Positions 15,839 through 26,734 are shown, numbered from the stretch's first letter. The stretch: DNA of 64,000 nt from Escherichia coli (GCF_003991155.1 NZ_CP031293.1), one strand, 5' to 3'. A program made the numbers and translations. The notes: generated from the letters alone by a model not told the origin.

Positions 15839-16906
15839 TTAATTTTCTTGACTATTGGCTCGATTGATCAAACTCATCCACTGAGCACTAACTATTTCTT
15901 CTGTATAATGTCTATTCACGAATAGGAATCCTGCATTTCCGTGTTCGGTTCGTTTAACATTATCTTCAAAGTAAGTTAGTTTTTCCTGAAATTCAATTTG
16001 AGATTGACACACAAATCCGCCACCCGATGAAGAAATCACGCTACTTGTCCCTCCAGATATATCCATTGAAATTACAGGTAATCCGTAGGACATAGCTTCA
16101 AGTATTGTAACAGGAAAACATTCAAAGTATGAACCGGATACAAAAACATCACTTTTTGCCAAAAAAACATCTGTGTTTAAACTCGGTCCATGAAAGTGTA
16201 TTTGGTTGTTATTCTTATATTTAGATTTGAGATACTCCAGCTCTTGACCACCTCCTACAATGTGTAAAACATACTTTTTTGTAGACGGGTGATTTATTAC
16301 TGCATTAATTAACCTTTCAACTCCTTTATCTTTAACAATCCGACCAATATAAATCAAATCAAGAGTTTCTTTTCCTTGATGTATGCGCTTATATTTTTGC
16401 GTTTTGATTGAATTTGGTATAATTACAACCCTTTTACAAAAAGTAAACTTATCTTTTTCCTTGTGAGAATTACAAACTACTACAGCTTTTTTATTAAGAG
16501 ACAAAAGAAATTTAAATACTTTTCTCCAAAAAATACTATTCTTGTCAAATGGATAATGTTCCCAGCAAATAATTTTATTCTTATTATACCGAAAAAAACC
16601 AATCAATAACAATAATGATGATGTAGCTATATCCGTGGAAATTATTAATTCAAGGTCTTTACTTTTGGCACTCAAAAAAAACAAATATTTAATGTAAAAC
16701 CTTAATTTGCTTTCTTCATATGCAGTATTGTCTTGGAATAAGTAGGTTTTCCGATTATCTTCTCTAACTTGTATCTCTTGTGCGTTTATTGCTGAAAAAC
16801 ATCTCACTTGTAGGCTGTTTTTAGTTAATATATCAATTAGATTTTCAACTGCTTTCTCAGTGCCACCTATTTTATTTTCATACAGCTTAAAGACTCCAAT
16901 GGACAT
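15839..16906 (-). CDS. Family-4 (GT-B) glycosyltransferase, O-antigen cluster
   Basis: 355-aa ORF with GT4-type C-terminal motif (FECFPVTILEAMSYGLPVIS). Confidence 0.7.
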   Translation of the reverse strand: MSIGVFKLYENKIGGTEKAVENLIDILTKNSLQVRCFSAINAQEIQVREDNRKTYLFQDNTAYEESKLRFYIKYLFFLSAKSKDLELIISTDIATSSLLLLIGFFRYNKNKIICWEHYPFDKNSIFWRKVFKFLLSLNKKAVVVCNSHKEKDKFTFCKRVVIIPNSIKTQKYKRIHQGKETLDLIYIGRIVKDKGVERLINAVINHPSTKKYVLHIVGGGQELEYLKSKYKNNNQIHFHGPSLNTDVFLAKSDVFVSGSYFECFPVTILEAMSYGLPVISMDISGGTSSVISSSGGGFVCQSQIEFQEKLTYFEDNVKRTEHGNAGFLFVNRHYTEEIVSAQWMSLINRANSQEN

Positions 16907-16907
16907 T

Positions 16908-18143
16908 TTATTGACTCACTCTTATATATTCTGCTGATTTAACTTCTTTATTGAATAGGAATAATGAGGGCTTATACAATATATCGCACCAAGACACATA
17001 AATAATATCTTTACCCATATTTGCCTGTGCCAAATTTATGATTGAACATGCGGTAATGAGTATTAAGAAGATCAGATGCTTACATAGTTTGCTAATTTTA
17101 TTAATATCGTAGGAGAAAAATATATAACTATATAATAACACCCAGAAAATGGAAAATCGATAAAATAAATCAGGCGATAACGATAAAAGGCATATCAGCA
17201 AAAGAAGTAAACTGCAAAAATTTTTGATTTGTGACTCTTGCCTCGTCATTTTTTTATTAAATAAAATTAAATAGATAAAAGTAAAAATAAAAAACACTGA
17301 CGGTAATATGATCTTATTCAAGATATATTCATTAGTGCTCAGCAAGCTATTGCTTATGCCTATGGTTACAGAGTCCATATATTCGGGAAAGTAAAAACCT
17401 AAGCTTTCCAATAATGGCCTAATCAATTGAAATAGCAAAGAAGATATTAACCCATCATGGTTAAGGATTAGAACTAATATTATTAAATACAATATTGTTT
17501 TGTTAAGTCTTATTAATTTGCTAACAAAAAAAACACCTAGCAATAGTATTGCGCTGGGATGAATACAACATGAAATAATTGCAGAGAATATAATTTTTTG
17601 TGACTTATACCTATTATTTTCACTGGTGAAATACTGTATAATCATATAAAGCATAATACTAAATGCAAGATATTGCCGCAATGAACTAGCTATAGCAAAA
17701 AATGGGATTACGCTTATTAGAATATATAAATATATACATCTATGAGATAATTCCGGATTGTATTTTTTAATGTAATTAACATATATATTAAAATAAAAAA
17801 TATATGATAAAAATGTTGAAAAAAAAGGTAAAAATTCTTTTTTTATTCCTAAAGATTTAAATAAATAAATAACAGTATTTATTGTAATATATCTATTGTC
17901 ACTATTTTCAAAAACTTTGTTTAGTGATGTTTGACTAACATATAAATATGTTTCATAATGCCTAGTCAAATCCCAATTTTCATAAGGTATTAACAAAAAT
18001 GCTAGTACCCCTAGCATAAATGAACATACATAAACACTCCATCTGGCCCCATTAATCATTTCAATCATTGCTAATAATAAAGCAAGAGGCAAATAAATTA
18101 TTGAAATAAATGAAGCACTAATTTTTATGTTTCTATTAATCAT
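16908..18143 (-). CDS. wzy: O-antigen polymerase
   Basis: 411-aa very hydrophobic, multi-pass, AT-rich ORF with low similarity to anything else in the window, between glycosyltransferases; typical Wzy signature. Confidence 0.65.
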   Translation of the reverse strand: MINRNIKISASFISIIYLPLALLLAMIEMINGARWSVYVCSFMLGVLAFLLIPYENWDLTRHYETYLYVSQTSLNKVFENSDNRYITINTVIYLFKSLGIKKEFLPFFSTFLSYIFYFNIYVNYIKKYNPELSHRCIYLYILISVIPFFAIASSLRQYLAFSIMLYMIIQYFTSENNRYKSQKIIFSAIISCCIHPSAILLLGVFFVSKLIRLNKTILYLIILVLILNHDGLISSLLFQLIRPLLESLGFYFPEYMDSVTIGISNSLLSTNEYILNKIILPSVFFIFTFIYLILFNKKMTRQESQIKNFCSLLLLLICLLSLSPDLFYRFSIFWVLLYSYIFFSYDINKISKLCKHLIFLILITACSIINLAQANMGKDIIYVSWCDILYKPSLFLFNKEVKSAEYIRVSQ

Positions 18144-18865
18144 CTTTTTATAACTTTTCTCATAAATAGGTAAATATCTGCTAACGCCGCATATAATTTC
18201 CCGTTTCTTTTCTTTCGGATTTGTCTCGCTTCCTCCAATGCTAATTTTACATTTTTAGCGCTAAGGCCGGCATTTCTCATCGAAGAGATATTTTTATCAA
18301 TATAATGAAAGATATAACCTTGTTTCTTCAATTTTAGCAAAAGATCATAATCAGAAGCAATTTTATAGCTAGTATTAAATAAATTTTCTCTGTGGATATC
18401 TTTTCTAATAAATGTGGCCGGATGGCTTAAATTCATATCTATATGTAGTTTCCAGTCTTTAGGCCTCCGGACCTGAATAACATCCAAGCTATCAGCCTCT
18501 ACCAAAGACATATTTCCATAAATAACATCATATTTATTTTCTTTCATTACTTTTATTACTTGACATAATACATCTTTATTATAAAAATCATCAGCGTTTA
18601 TAAATCCTATATAATTTCCAGATGCTTTTAACACACCTTTATTCATTGCATCATATATACCATTATCATTTTCAGAAATGATATATGAAATTTCATTTTT
18701 GTAAGAATTAACAATATTTAGAGTATTATCCGTTGATGCACCATCAATTATAATATATTCAATGTCATCATTGCAGTTTTGTGATAAGACACTTTTTATA
18801 GTATCTTCGATATACATTTCGCCATTGTACACAACGGTAACTATTGTTAAAGTTGGTTTATTCAT
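18140..18865 (-). CDS. Family-2 glycosyltransferase (WcaE-like), O-antigen cluster
   Basis: 241-aa ORF with GT2 motifs ([28 protein letters not shown]); paralogous to the GT2 at 8940..9698 and to wcaE. Confidence 0.7.
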   Translation of the reverse strand: MNKPTLTIVTVVYNGEMYIEDTIKSVLSQNCNDDIEYIIIDGASTDNTLNIVNSYKNEISYIISENDNGIYDAMNKGVLKASGNYIGFINADDFYNKDVLCQVIKVMKENKYDVIYGNMSLVEADSLDVIQVRRPKDWKLHIDMNLSHPATFIRKDIHRENLFNTSYKIASDYDLLLKLKKQGYIFHYIDKNISSMRNAGLSAKNVKLALEEARQIRKKRNGKLYAALADIYLFMRKVIKR

Positions 18866-18873
18866 TGTTAGCC

Positions 18874-20109
18874 CTACAATAAATTTAAATTATTTAATTT
18901 ATTTGTTTTCTTAATCAAAAAGTAAAATCTCGCCATTATTATAAACTCAGTTGAAATAACTCCTATTGCTGTACCAACTCCTGAGTATTCATTAGTCAAA
19001 TAAGTAATTATCAGTAGGCCTATTAATCCACTGGTAGTAATAATTTTTGTAAATTCTTTTTTCATACCAATAGGGATCATTACTAAAATTGCAATATAAT
19101 TACTTACCGTAACTATTGCTGGAGTAAAAGCTAAAACTTTGAGTATTTCTAAAGATTCATGATACGTTTTTCCATACATGATTAAAATTATATCGTCTGC
19201 AAAAAAGTAAAGAAATATGGAAAGTACGAACATCAGTGAAAATTGCCATCGAAACACTTTCCTGGCTAATAATAGTCCATCGTCATGATTATCCTTCATT
19301 ATATAAGTTACTCTAGGAAAAACAGCTTGGGTTATAGGACCAATAACGCCTTGTAGTGCAAGCCTAATTTTATCTGCAGCGATAAAATATCCCACTGCAG
19401 TTGTTCCTGATAATGCACCTAATATTATTGTTGAACTAGTAGTATAAAGGCTTATTGCTGCAGAGGAAATGAAGTAATGCCATCCATCATAAATTAACTC
19501 TTTCATTTTGGATAAGGATGGTGGTACCCATATTATTTTTTTAAGAGAAAATAAAAAATATGTAGATATTATACCTGCAATAACTGTTATTGATGATTGT
19601 ATTGTTATCGCTATACCAAGATCCTTTTCACTTTTAACCAATAAAAATGTTAAACATAGTGTAAGTAAGCGTGCGGAAAACATACTTATCGCTATTCCTA
19701 ACATTTTTTCCAGCCCTTGAAAAAACCATACTGGATATATTAAATTTCCTACGACAGATATGTATGCAAGAATGATAAATTTAATTTGGTAATCAATGAT
19801 ATTCAATTCCGAAATTAAATAAATAATTAACAAACCAAGAGATGCTGCAATTATTTTGATAAACGTTACATTCCAAAAAACTTTACTTATGGAATCAGTA
19901 TTTTCCCTTGATATTGATATGATTTTGGGCGCTGAGTAGTTAAATCCGTAATCAATAAATAATATAAAATATTGGACCACAGCAAAACTATACCCATATA
20001 TCCCGTATCCTGTAGGTTCAAGGATCCTGACAAGATAAGGCAGTGTGACCAATGGAAATATATAATTGCCACCTTGAACGCTTAATAAATAGATGATGTT
20101 TTTTAACAT
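18874..20109 (-). CDS. wzx: O-antigen flippase
   Basis: 411-aa polytopic membrane ORF with Wzx/MOP-family-like N-terminus; first gene downstream of the JUMPstart/ops element. Confidence 0.7.
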   Translation of the reverse strand: MLKNIIYLLSVQGGNYIFPLVTLPYLVRILEPTGYGIYGYSFAVVQYFILFIDYGFNYSAPKIISISRENTDSISKVFWNVTFIKIIAASLGLLIIYLISELNIIDYQIKFIILAYISVVGNLIYPVWFFQGLEKMLGIAISMFSARLLTLCLTFLLVKSEKDLGIAITIQSSITVIAGIISTYFLFSLKKIIWVPPSLSKMKELIYDGWHYFISSAAISLYTTSSTIILGALSGTTAVGYFIAADKIRLALQGVIGPITQAVFPRVTYIMKDNHDDGLLLARKVFRWQFSLMFVLSIFLYFFADDIILIMYGKTYHESLEILKVLAFTPAIVTVSNYIAILVMIPIGMKKEFTKIITTSGLIGLLIITYLTNEYSGVGTAIGVISTEFIIMARFYFLIKKTNKLNNLNLL

Positions 20110-20189
20110 AACGAGCCTACGTACTTAACAAGTCTTATTTTGCACGATAGTTTACAATTTGTTAAGTAATATGGGATAAACATTTAATT

Positions 20190-20201
20190 CACGCTACCGC
20201 C
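20190..20201 (-). promoter_or_regulatory. ops element (GGCGGTAGCGTG on the coding strand) within a JUMPstart-like leader of the O-antigen operon
   Basis: Exact reverse complement cacgctaccgcc seen on the + strand in the galF-wzx intergenic region. Confidence 0.8.
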
Positions 20202-20481
20202 CCTGGCTCAACAGCTACCAGCGTACTGCATGCATGTCCTAGTTGTACCTAGCATTAACCGTTATGGTTAGTTCGAAAAGCTTAACTCTGAACGTTTTAC
20301 CAAATCGCTTCAGAGATGGAGAAAATCTCAGCCTCCCACAATAAATGCCTATTGAAAAGTTATTGTTACTCATATTTAGAACGGTATAAAGAAAGAATGA
20401 GGCAATGAGTACAATTAGCCCCACGAATCCTCACCGCCGTTATAATTTTCTTATCAACCGTTACATCCGGTCAGATTTTCA

Positions 20482-21375
20482 TTATTCGCTTAACAGCTTT
20501 TCAATACCTTTACGGAACTTCGCCCCTTCTTTCAGGTTGCGCAGTCCATACTTCACAAACGCCTGCATATAGCCCATTTTCTTGCCACAATCGTAACTGT
20601 CACCGGTCATCAGCATTGCATCAACGGACTGTTTTTTCGCCAGTTCAGCAATGGCATCAGTCAGCTGAATACGCCCCCATGCACCAGGTTGAGTGCGTTC
20701 AAGTTCCGGCCAAATATCGGCAGAAAGCACATAGCGACCAACGGCCATGATGTCTGAGTCCAGCGTCTGCGGCTGATCCGGTTTTTCGATAAATTCAACA
20801 ATGCGGCTGACTTTGCCTTCACGATCCAGCGGCTCTTTGGTCTGAATAACGGAGTATTCAGAAAGGTCACCCGGCATACGTTTTGCCAGCACCAGGCTAC
20901 GGCCCGTTTCATTGAAGCGCGCAATCATGGCAGCAAGGTTGTAGCGCAGCGGGTCGGCGCTGGCGTCGTCGATCACTACGTCTGGCAGTACCACGACAAA
21001 TGGGTTGTCGCCAATGGCGGGTCGTGCACATAAAATGGAGTGGCCTAAACCTAAAGGTTCGCCCTGACGCACGTTCATAATGGTCACGCCAGGCGGACAG
21101 ATAGACTGCACTTCCGCCAGCAGTTGACGCTTCACGCGCTGTTCAAGGAGAGATTCTAATTCATAAGAGGTGTCGAAGTGGTTTTCGACCGCGTTCTTGG
21201 ACGCGTGAGTTACCAGGAGGATTTCTTTGATCCCTGCAGCCACAATCTCGTCAACAATGTACTGAATCATTGGCTTGTCGACGATCGGTAGCATCTCTTT
21301 GGGTATCGCCTTAGTGGCAGGCAACATATGCATCCCAAGACCCGCTACCGGTATAACTGCTTTTAAATTCGTCAT
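20482..21375 (-). CDS. galF: UTP-glucose-1-phosphate uridylyltransferase-like regulatory subunit
   Basis: 297-aa ORF ([43 protein letters not shown]...); canonical position upstream of the O-antigen cluster. Confidence 0.9.
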   Translation of the reverse strand: MTNLKAVIPVAGLGMHMLPATKAIPKEMLPIVDKPMIQYIVDEIVAAGIKEILLVTHASKNAVENHFDTSYELESLLEQRVKRQLLAEVQSICPPGVTIMNVRQGEPLGLGHSILCARPAIGDNPFVVVLPDVVIDDASADPLRYNLAAMIARFNETGRSLVLAKRMPGDLSEYSVIQTKEPLDREGKVSRIVEFIEKPDQPQTLDSDIMAVGRYVLSADIWPELERTQPGAWGRIQLTDAIAELAKKQSVDAMLMTGDSYDCGKKMGYMQAFVKYGLRNLKEGAKFRKGIEKLLSE

Positions 21376-21617
21376 TATTTTCCTACCTCTAAGTGACTGA
21401 TAGTGCGTAAATTATTGCCATAGATTAGCCAAACGGTATGGCTATATACCAAAGCTTAGTTCCGCATAACTTTGATTAAACCTTGCGATAACACTACACA
21501 CCATCAGCATCTGGGTTACTCGGATTACTCGGAATTCCGCATACTGATAATTTAATCAGTACCTCTTTCCGAATAATCGTAGTCCAACCTGGTCCTTTTT
21601 TCTCTGACTCGTCTGCA

Positions 21618-22613
21618 TTACTCAGAAACAAACGTTATGTCGTCTTTTTTGGCATGGACGAATTCATACTGCAGAGTTCGATCCAGACCTTGCGACAGCG
21701 TATACGGTGCCACAAAACCTGAAGAATGCACTTTCGTTGCGTCAAACTGTGTTGTTGCGCAGAATTTTTTCACGCGCACTGAGCTGACAGCGTATTTTTT
21801 GCCCGTAATTTTGCTCAGGATATCAAAACAATATCCCCCCAGCATTCCTAGTGGGTAAGGCAAGTGCATAGAAGGGATCTTTTTGTTCAGGCTTTGTTCA
21901 ACTTCAGCAACCAACTGGTTCATGTTCAGGTCTGGCTTATCAACGTAGTTATAAACCTCATAACCTGCGGCAACATTCTTCAGTTTGTACTTGATAAACT
22001 CAACAATGTTTCCAACATAAGCCATGGACTTATAGTTAGTCCCTGCGCCCACCATCATAAACTTGCCGCCAGCGATCTGTTTCAGCAAGTTATAGACGTT
22101 ACCGCGGTTGCGTTCACCGAAGATAACGGTAGGACGGATGATGGTTAATGAACGTTCTGTTGGTGCTTTGTTATACCATTCACGCAGCACTTCCTCTGCC
22201 TGCCACTTACTTTTGCCGTAGTGGTTGAAAGGGTCGTGTGGATGGTTTTCGTCAGGGTTGTGTTTGTTCAAACCATAAACAGCAACGGAACTGGTAAAGA
22301 TGATATTTTTAACGCCATTTTTTTCCATGGCAGCCAACACATTGCGGGTACCCTGAACGTTGACATCATAATAGAGAGAAGTAGGGCTGACGTCATCGCG
22401 GTGTTCCGCTGCCAGTAGCACAACAGTGTCAAAACCGGCTAACGCCTGGTCGAGTGCCTGTTGATCACGAACATCGCCAATCTGTGTGATTTCTGGATAA
22501 AAGTGGCTCTGCTGTTTGTCCAGGTTCTTGATATTAAAGTCAGCAATTGCCGTTTCAAGTAGTCGGGTTCCTACGAATCCGGAAGCTCCTATGAGCAAAA
22601 CGTTATCGTTCAT
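21618..22613 (-). CDS. gnu: NAD-dependent epimerase of the Z3206 type (annotated as Gne or Gnu in other E. coli), between wcaM and galF
   Basis: 331-aa ORF with N-terminal GASGFVGTRL Rossmann motif; size and position match the epimerase found at this site in several non-K-12 serogroups; identity from memory, not searched. Confidence 0.65.
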   Translation of the reverse strand: MNDNVLLIGASGFVGTRLLETAIADFNIKNLDKQQSHFYPEITQIGDVRDQQALDQALAGFDTVVLLAAEHRDDVSPTSLYYDVNVQGTRNVLAAMEKNGVKNIIFTSSVAVYGLNKHNPDENHPHDPFNHYGKSKWQAEEVLREWYNKAPTERSLTIIRPTVIFGERNRGNVYNLLKQIAGGKFMMVGAGTNYKSMAYVGNIVEFIKYKLKNVAAGYEVYNYVDKPDLNMNQLVAEVEQSLNKKIPSMHLPYPLGMLGGYCFDILSKITGKKYAVSSVRVKKFCATTQFDATKVHSSGFVAPYTLSQGLDRTLQYEFVHAKKDDITFVSE

Positions 22614-22770
22614 AAATCACTTTAGTCTGGTTGTTACGTAAGAAACACAAGATAAAGATGAGTACCTTCTCTGAGTAGTCAATGCTGCCCAGCCCCAGCT
22701 TTAACAGTTAGTGTGAGGATTATAATCTTTTAGAACATTATATCCAGTAAGTTTATGAATGGTCGCAAAT

Positions 22771-24165
22771 CTACTCCCTCCGTTCCGGCAATCTAAAGTT
22801 AATCTTCTCCACATTAACAATATGGTGATTAATCCTGTCGATATCGACGGAGCTTTGCCCTTTTTCATTCACTGCATGAATATTCGTGAGTGAAAGCAGC
22901 GTTTTACGCTTTGCCATAAAAACGCCTCGAACGTCTTTGCGCATGTCAAAGTTCATGCTCAATGCGGGTCCAACTGAGGATTCCTGCATCACATTGATAT
23001 TTCGCATAAAAAGATGTTGCGGTTTGTTGTGTAACTCCAGCGACGCACGCTTCATCTCAATGTTAGTCAGCGCCACAAAGGAGACAGCATTCCCGGCGGA
23101 GATTTGAATGCCGCGCAATTTATAAGCAAGATGAGTATTATCCAGTTGAATATCATTCACTCGGAAATTCTGCGGTATCGAGAGATATTTGCCTTTAATT
23201 ACCCCATAGCCGATTAACATCCCGGCACTATTAATCATTTCAATATTATCAATCACAAAGTTGTCACAACCATAAATAGCAACTGTGGCGTTATCAATAC
23301 CTGCTTTCTTACTGAAATCCGGCGTGATATTACGAGCTTTGATATTACGGATAACAAAATGTTTACCATTTTCAACATGGATCAGTTGCCGACAATCCGA
23401 TCCCGTGATATTCGCCACGACAAAGTTTTTCACTGCCTGGTTTTCCGGATAATTATTATCGTAGGTACTTCCCGCAAGGCCTATGCCGATGCCCCAGTTG
23501 ATTTTGCCGTTGGTACAGTTAATGCGCTCAATGAGATGGTCGGATATCAAAATATCACTGTCGTTAATCGCCACGTTCCATTCAATAGCGTCGCCCTGTA
23601 AGTCGCTGAACTTACAGTTGGTGATGTTGGCACCGATTATCTGGTTATGAAATCCCTGGCGTAAGATGGCGTAATTAGCGTGGCTAACGGTCAGGTTATC
23701 GATGGTCAGGTTGTGCATGACCCGTTTGTTTTTGCCGCCGATATAAATCTGCGTTACCGGACCAAAGCCGCTCATCGCCAGCCCTTTGATGGTGCAGTCA
23801 GAACCACGCACATCCAGGGTGATGTTATGCATACTGCCGCCCTCCTCCCCTGTCACCTGGCTGCCGTCCTGTAAGACAAATCGCCCTCTGCCGTTGCCGC
23901 GCAGGCTTCCAAGGATGTGTAACGTTTTACCTGCAGGAATGAAGATGCCGGTGTTGATATTGTCACAAACCAATCCGGCAGGCACGACGACCGTTTGCCC
24001 TTCGCTGAAGGCTTGTTTAAATGAGGCGATCCAGTCGTGAGGGTTGTAGTCGTTAATGTTAACGCTTTGTTGAGCGGGAAGTGCGCGGGCGAAAGGCGTA
24101 TGGAGGAAGGCAAGCACAGAGCTTGCCGTCAGGAAGGTGCGTCGGGAGAGTTTTTTAAATGGCAT
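22771..24165 (-). CDS. wcaM: Colanic acid biosynthesis protein WcaM
   Basis: 464-aa ORF with Tat-like signal ([15 protein letters not shown]) and repeat-rich body; last gene of the colanic acid cluster. Confidence 0.9.
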   Translation of the reverse strand: MPFKKLSRRTFLTASSVLAFLHTPFARALPAQQSVNINDYNPHDWIASFKQAFSEGQTVVVPAGLVCDNINTGIFIPAGKTLHILGSLRGNGRGRFVLQDGSQVTGEEGGSMHNITLDVRGSDCTIKGLAMSGFGPVTQIYIGGKNKRVMHNLTIDNLTVSHANYAILRQGFHNQIIGANITNCKFSDLQGDAIEWNVAINDSDILISDHLIERINCTNGKINWGIGIGLAGSTYDNNYPENQAVKNFVVANITGSDCRQLIHVENGKHFVIRNIKARNITPDFSKKAGIDNATVAIYGCDNFVIDNIEMINSAGMLIGYGVIKGKYLSIPQNFRVNDIQLDNTHLAYKLRGIQISAGNAVSFVALTNIEMKRASLELHNKPQHLFMRNINVMQESSVGPALSMNFDMRKDVRGVFMAKRKTLLSLTNIHAVNEKGQSSVDIDRINHHIVNVEKINFRLPERRE

Positions 24166-24175
24166 GCGTTCTCCT

Positions 24176-25396
24176 CTATAAAGCCTGCAGCAAGCTGGCG
24201 AGTTCTCGATTGATCACCTGCTGGTTAAAATCGTGTTCGACTTTTTCGCGAGCACGTTTGATAACCGGAGCCAGTTCGTCGGTGTCCAGTTGGCTAAACG
24301 CCGCCAGTCGTTGCGCCAGTGCGCGAGCATCGTTCTCAGGCACCAACCAGCCGGATTTATCGGCCTCCACCAGTTCAGGAATTCCGCTATGCAGAGTAGA
24401 AACCACCGGAATGCCGACCGCCATCGCTTCCATTAGCGCCACCGGAATGCCTTCCATATCGCCGTCCGCACCCGTTACCGAAGGCAGCAGGAAAACATCC
24501 GCGTCGTCTAGCATCGCTTTCACTTCGTGGCTCGGTTTAAAGCCCGGCATCTCTACCACATCTTCCAGTTGATATTGTTCGATGAGGGTGCGCAGGCGTC
24601 GTTCCCACGGGCCAATGCCGAGGATGCGATAGCGAAATGCCACGCCCTGCTCTTTCAACTGACGGCAGGCTTCGATCGCCACATGCAGGCCTTTTTTCTC
24701 GGTTAAGCGTGCGACGGAAATGATTTCCAGCGGTGTTGCGGGCGCTTTCACCGGACGCGGGCTAAAGCGCGTCATGTCCACGCCCATGCGCGATACGGCG
24801 ATTTTTTCCCTCGGGCATCCCATTTTTTGCAGCCTTCCGGCCCACAGATCGCTGATCGGTAGCATCAGGTCGCCACGGCGGAACAGTTGCTGATATTCGG
24901 GAGTGTAGTGGTTGAGCACTTCCCGACTGGAGATATCAATGCCGTGGAAGATAGTAGCGATTTTGCCGCGAATGATACCCAGTTCCCGTAGTTTTGCTGC
25001 GATTACCCCCGCAGGGCCAAAATGAGCGATAAAGACATCGGCATAAAATGGTGTTGCGACCTGGCCGCAAATGGCAGACAAAATCAGGTTCCGCGACTCA
25101 GCACCATAGCGTTTGAGGTTGAGCGCCTGCCAGGTATTTTTACGATGAATGCCGCGTAAGGTCTGGCTGGCGCGGTGGCGCAGTTTCGCCACTTTGCCCG
25201 TAGGTTCGTCCTGTAACCAGCGGGTTCTGGCGGCAAGGTTATATTTTGTCCATGCCGCGTGGGTGTTTTGTGTGTCGCCTTTTTGCAGCGCGACAATCTC
25301 CACCTCAAAGCCCATATCAATAAACGCGGTAATTTGATTGAGGACGAAGGTTTCCGACGACAGTGGAAATTTCAGTAAAAAGAAGCCGACCTTCAT
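24176..25396 (-). CDS. wcaL: Colanic acid glycosyltransferase WcaL
   Basis: 406-aa GT4-type ORF in conserved order. Confidence 0.9.
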   Translation of the reverse strand: MKVGFFLLKFPLSSETFVLNQITAFIDMGFEVEIVALQKGDTQNTHAAWTKYNLAARTRWLQDEPTGKVAKLRHRASQTLRGIHRKNTWQALNLKRYGAESRNLILSAICGQVATPFYADVFIAHFGPAGVIAAKLRELGIIRGKIATIFHGIDISSREVLNHYTPEYQQLFRRGDLMLPISDLWAGRLQKMGCPREKIAVSRMGVDMTRFSPRPVKAPATPLEIISVARLTEKKGLHVAIEACRQLKEQGVAFRYRILGIGPWERRLRTLIEQYQLEDVVEMPGFKPSHEVKAMLDDADVFLLPSVTGADGDMEGIPVALMEAMAVGIPVVSTLHSGIPELVEADKSGWLVPENDARALAQRLAAFSQLDTDELAPVIKRAREKVEHDFNQQVINRELASLLQAL

Positions 25397-26673
25397 TTCG
25401 CCTCCCCGATGCGTTCAAGCACAGATTTCACCATCTGCATTCCCGTCTGACGTTCGCGACTGACGGCTTCGTTAAGTCGCGTGTTCAGTGCCGGAAGCTG
25501 GCCTAAGGTATCCGCAACCATCGCTTGCAGGCTGCCGTCTAATAAATGACGGATATCAATTGCCATCTCTGGTAGCCCCAGTTGTTGCATAATCCCGGCG
25601 GATTTATGTTCATAGTTGATGGCAATCGCCGGAGTGGCAAAGTTCATCGAGATAATGGCAGAGTGCAGGCGCGTACCGACGGTGAGTTCACAGGCCCCCA
25701 GAATTTTGCCCATTTCCAGATCGTTGAGTTCATCCATCACCACGTGGTAACGGGCAGGATCGCTGATGTGCTGGCGAAGATTGAGCGCCACCATGCGGTC
25801 GTCTTTGTTATAGCTGTCGATGCCCGTACAGGTGGAAAGCGCAATCACCTGATACCCTTCGTCGAGAATGCGATTGACCACCCCGGCAAAGGCTTTTTCA
25901 TACGCTTGCTGAGTGGTGCCGAGACGTTTGTCGAACGGTGCCAGTTCGCGCAGGGTAATTGCTACCGTTTTCTGTTGTGCGGCAACGTCCAGCCAGTGTT
26001 GAACGGCATAGCTGGCGGTGAAGTCTTCTGTGTGGTGATCGACCAGCCACGCAGTATCGACGCCATGTTCGACTTTTGCGGTGGTGATATTGCTGCGTTT
26101 CATCAGTTCAAGGCTGACCGATTCGCGCAGGATCAGCGCGTCGCAGTGACCAAAAACGTAGTTCGCCAGTTGGTTAAATTGCTCATCCTGGAATGGACCA
26201 ACGCTGTGACCAATCATAAATAGCGGCTTTTTCGCCATGAAAGTGCAAAGCGCGTGTTCAAACTGCGGCACGCCGTAGAGATCGACAAAAAACGATCCGC
26301 CGACCTGAATAATGGCGTCGTAACCTGACAGCAGGCGCACGAAGTCAGTGAATCCCTGAGCGATGGCGATATTACGCAGCTTGCCAGTGTCGGTGACGCG
26401 TGAGAGCAATACCTGATGCTGATAGCGGCGACGGAGGACTTTTTTAACGCGCCCGACAACGCCCGCCGCGCTGTTGTGTTTTTTCATTTGCAGGAACAGC
26501 GGATCGCCCATTACCGGGCGGTTGAGCAGCCAGGAAGAACTGACCGGATAGCGGCTCATCACGTCCACTTCGGCATGTGGATTGAGGATATTGATGGCAT
26601 CAAGTAAGCCACGCAGGATGGCGCTATCGCCACGATTGCCGCAAGTGTGGTTGCCCAGAATAAGTAATTTCAT
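25393..26673 (-). CDS. wcaK: Colanic acid pyruvyl transferase WcaK
   Basis: 426-aa ORF (MKLLILGNHTCGNRGDSAIL...), polysaccharide pyruvyl transferase-like. Confidence 0.9.
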   Translation of the reverse strand: MKLLILGNHTCGNRGDSAILRGLLDAINILNPHAEVDVMSRYPVSSSWLLNRPVMGDPLFLQMKKHNSAAGVVGRVKKVLRRRYQHQVLLSRVTDTGKLRNIAIAQGFTDFVRLLSGYDAIIQVGGSFFVDLYGVPQFEHALCTFMAKKPLFMIGHSVGPFQDEQFNQLANYVFGHCDALILRESVSLELMKRSNITTAKVEHGVDTAWLVDHHTEDFTASYAVQHWLDVAAQQKTVAITLRELAPFDKRLGTTQQAYEKAFAGVVNRILDEGYQVIALSTCTGIDSYNKDDRMVALNLRQHISDPARYHVVMDELNDLEMGKILGACELTVGTRLHSAIISMNFATPAIAINYEHKSAGIMQQLGLPEMAIDIRHLLDGSLQAMVADTLGQLPALNTRLNEAVSRERQTGMQMVKSVLERIGEAK

Positions 26674-26734
26674 TTTTTCCTCATAAATTTGATGCCAGGT
26701 GAGGCTGTGTTTGTTGTGTTCGTTGCCGTTTTTT

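Noticed and set aside
8940-20110. Possible insertion sequence or prophage remnant in the AT-rich O-antigen region
   Set aside because: No transposase-like ORF, terminal inverted repeats or integrase found; every ORF has a polysaccharide biosynthesis assignment, so low GC is better explained by the usual foreign origin of O-antigen clusters.
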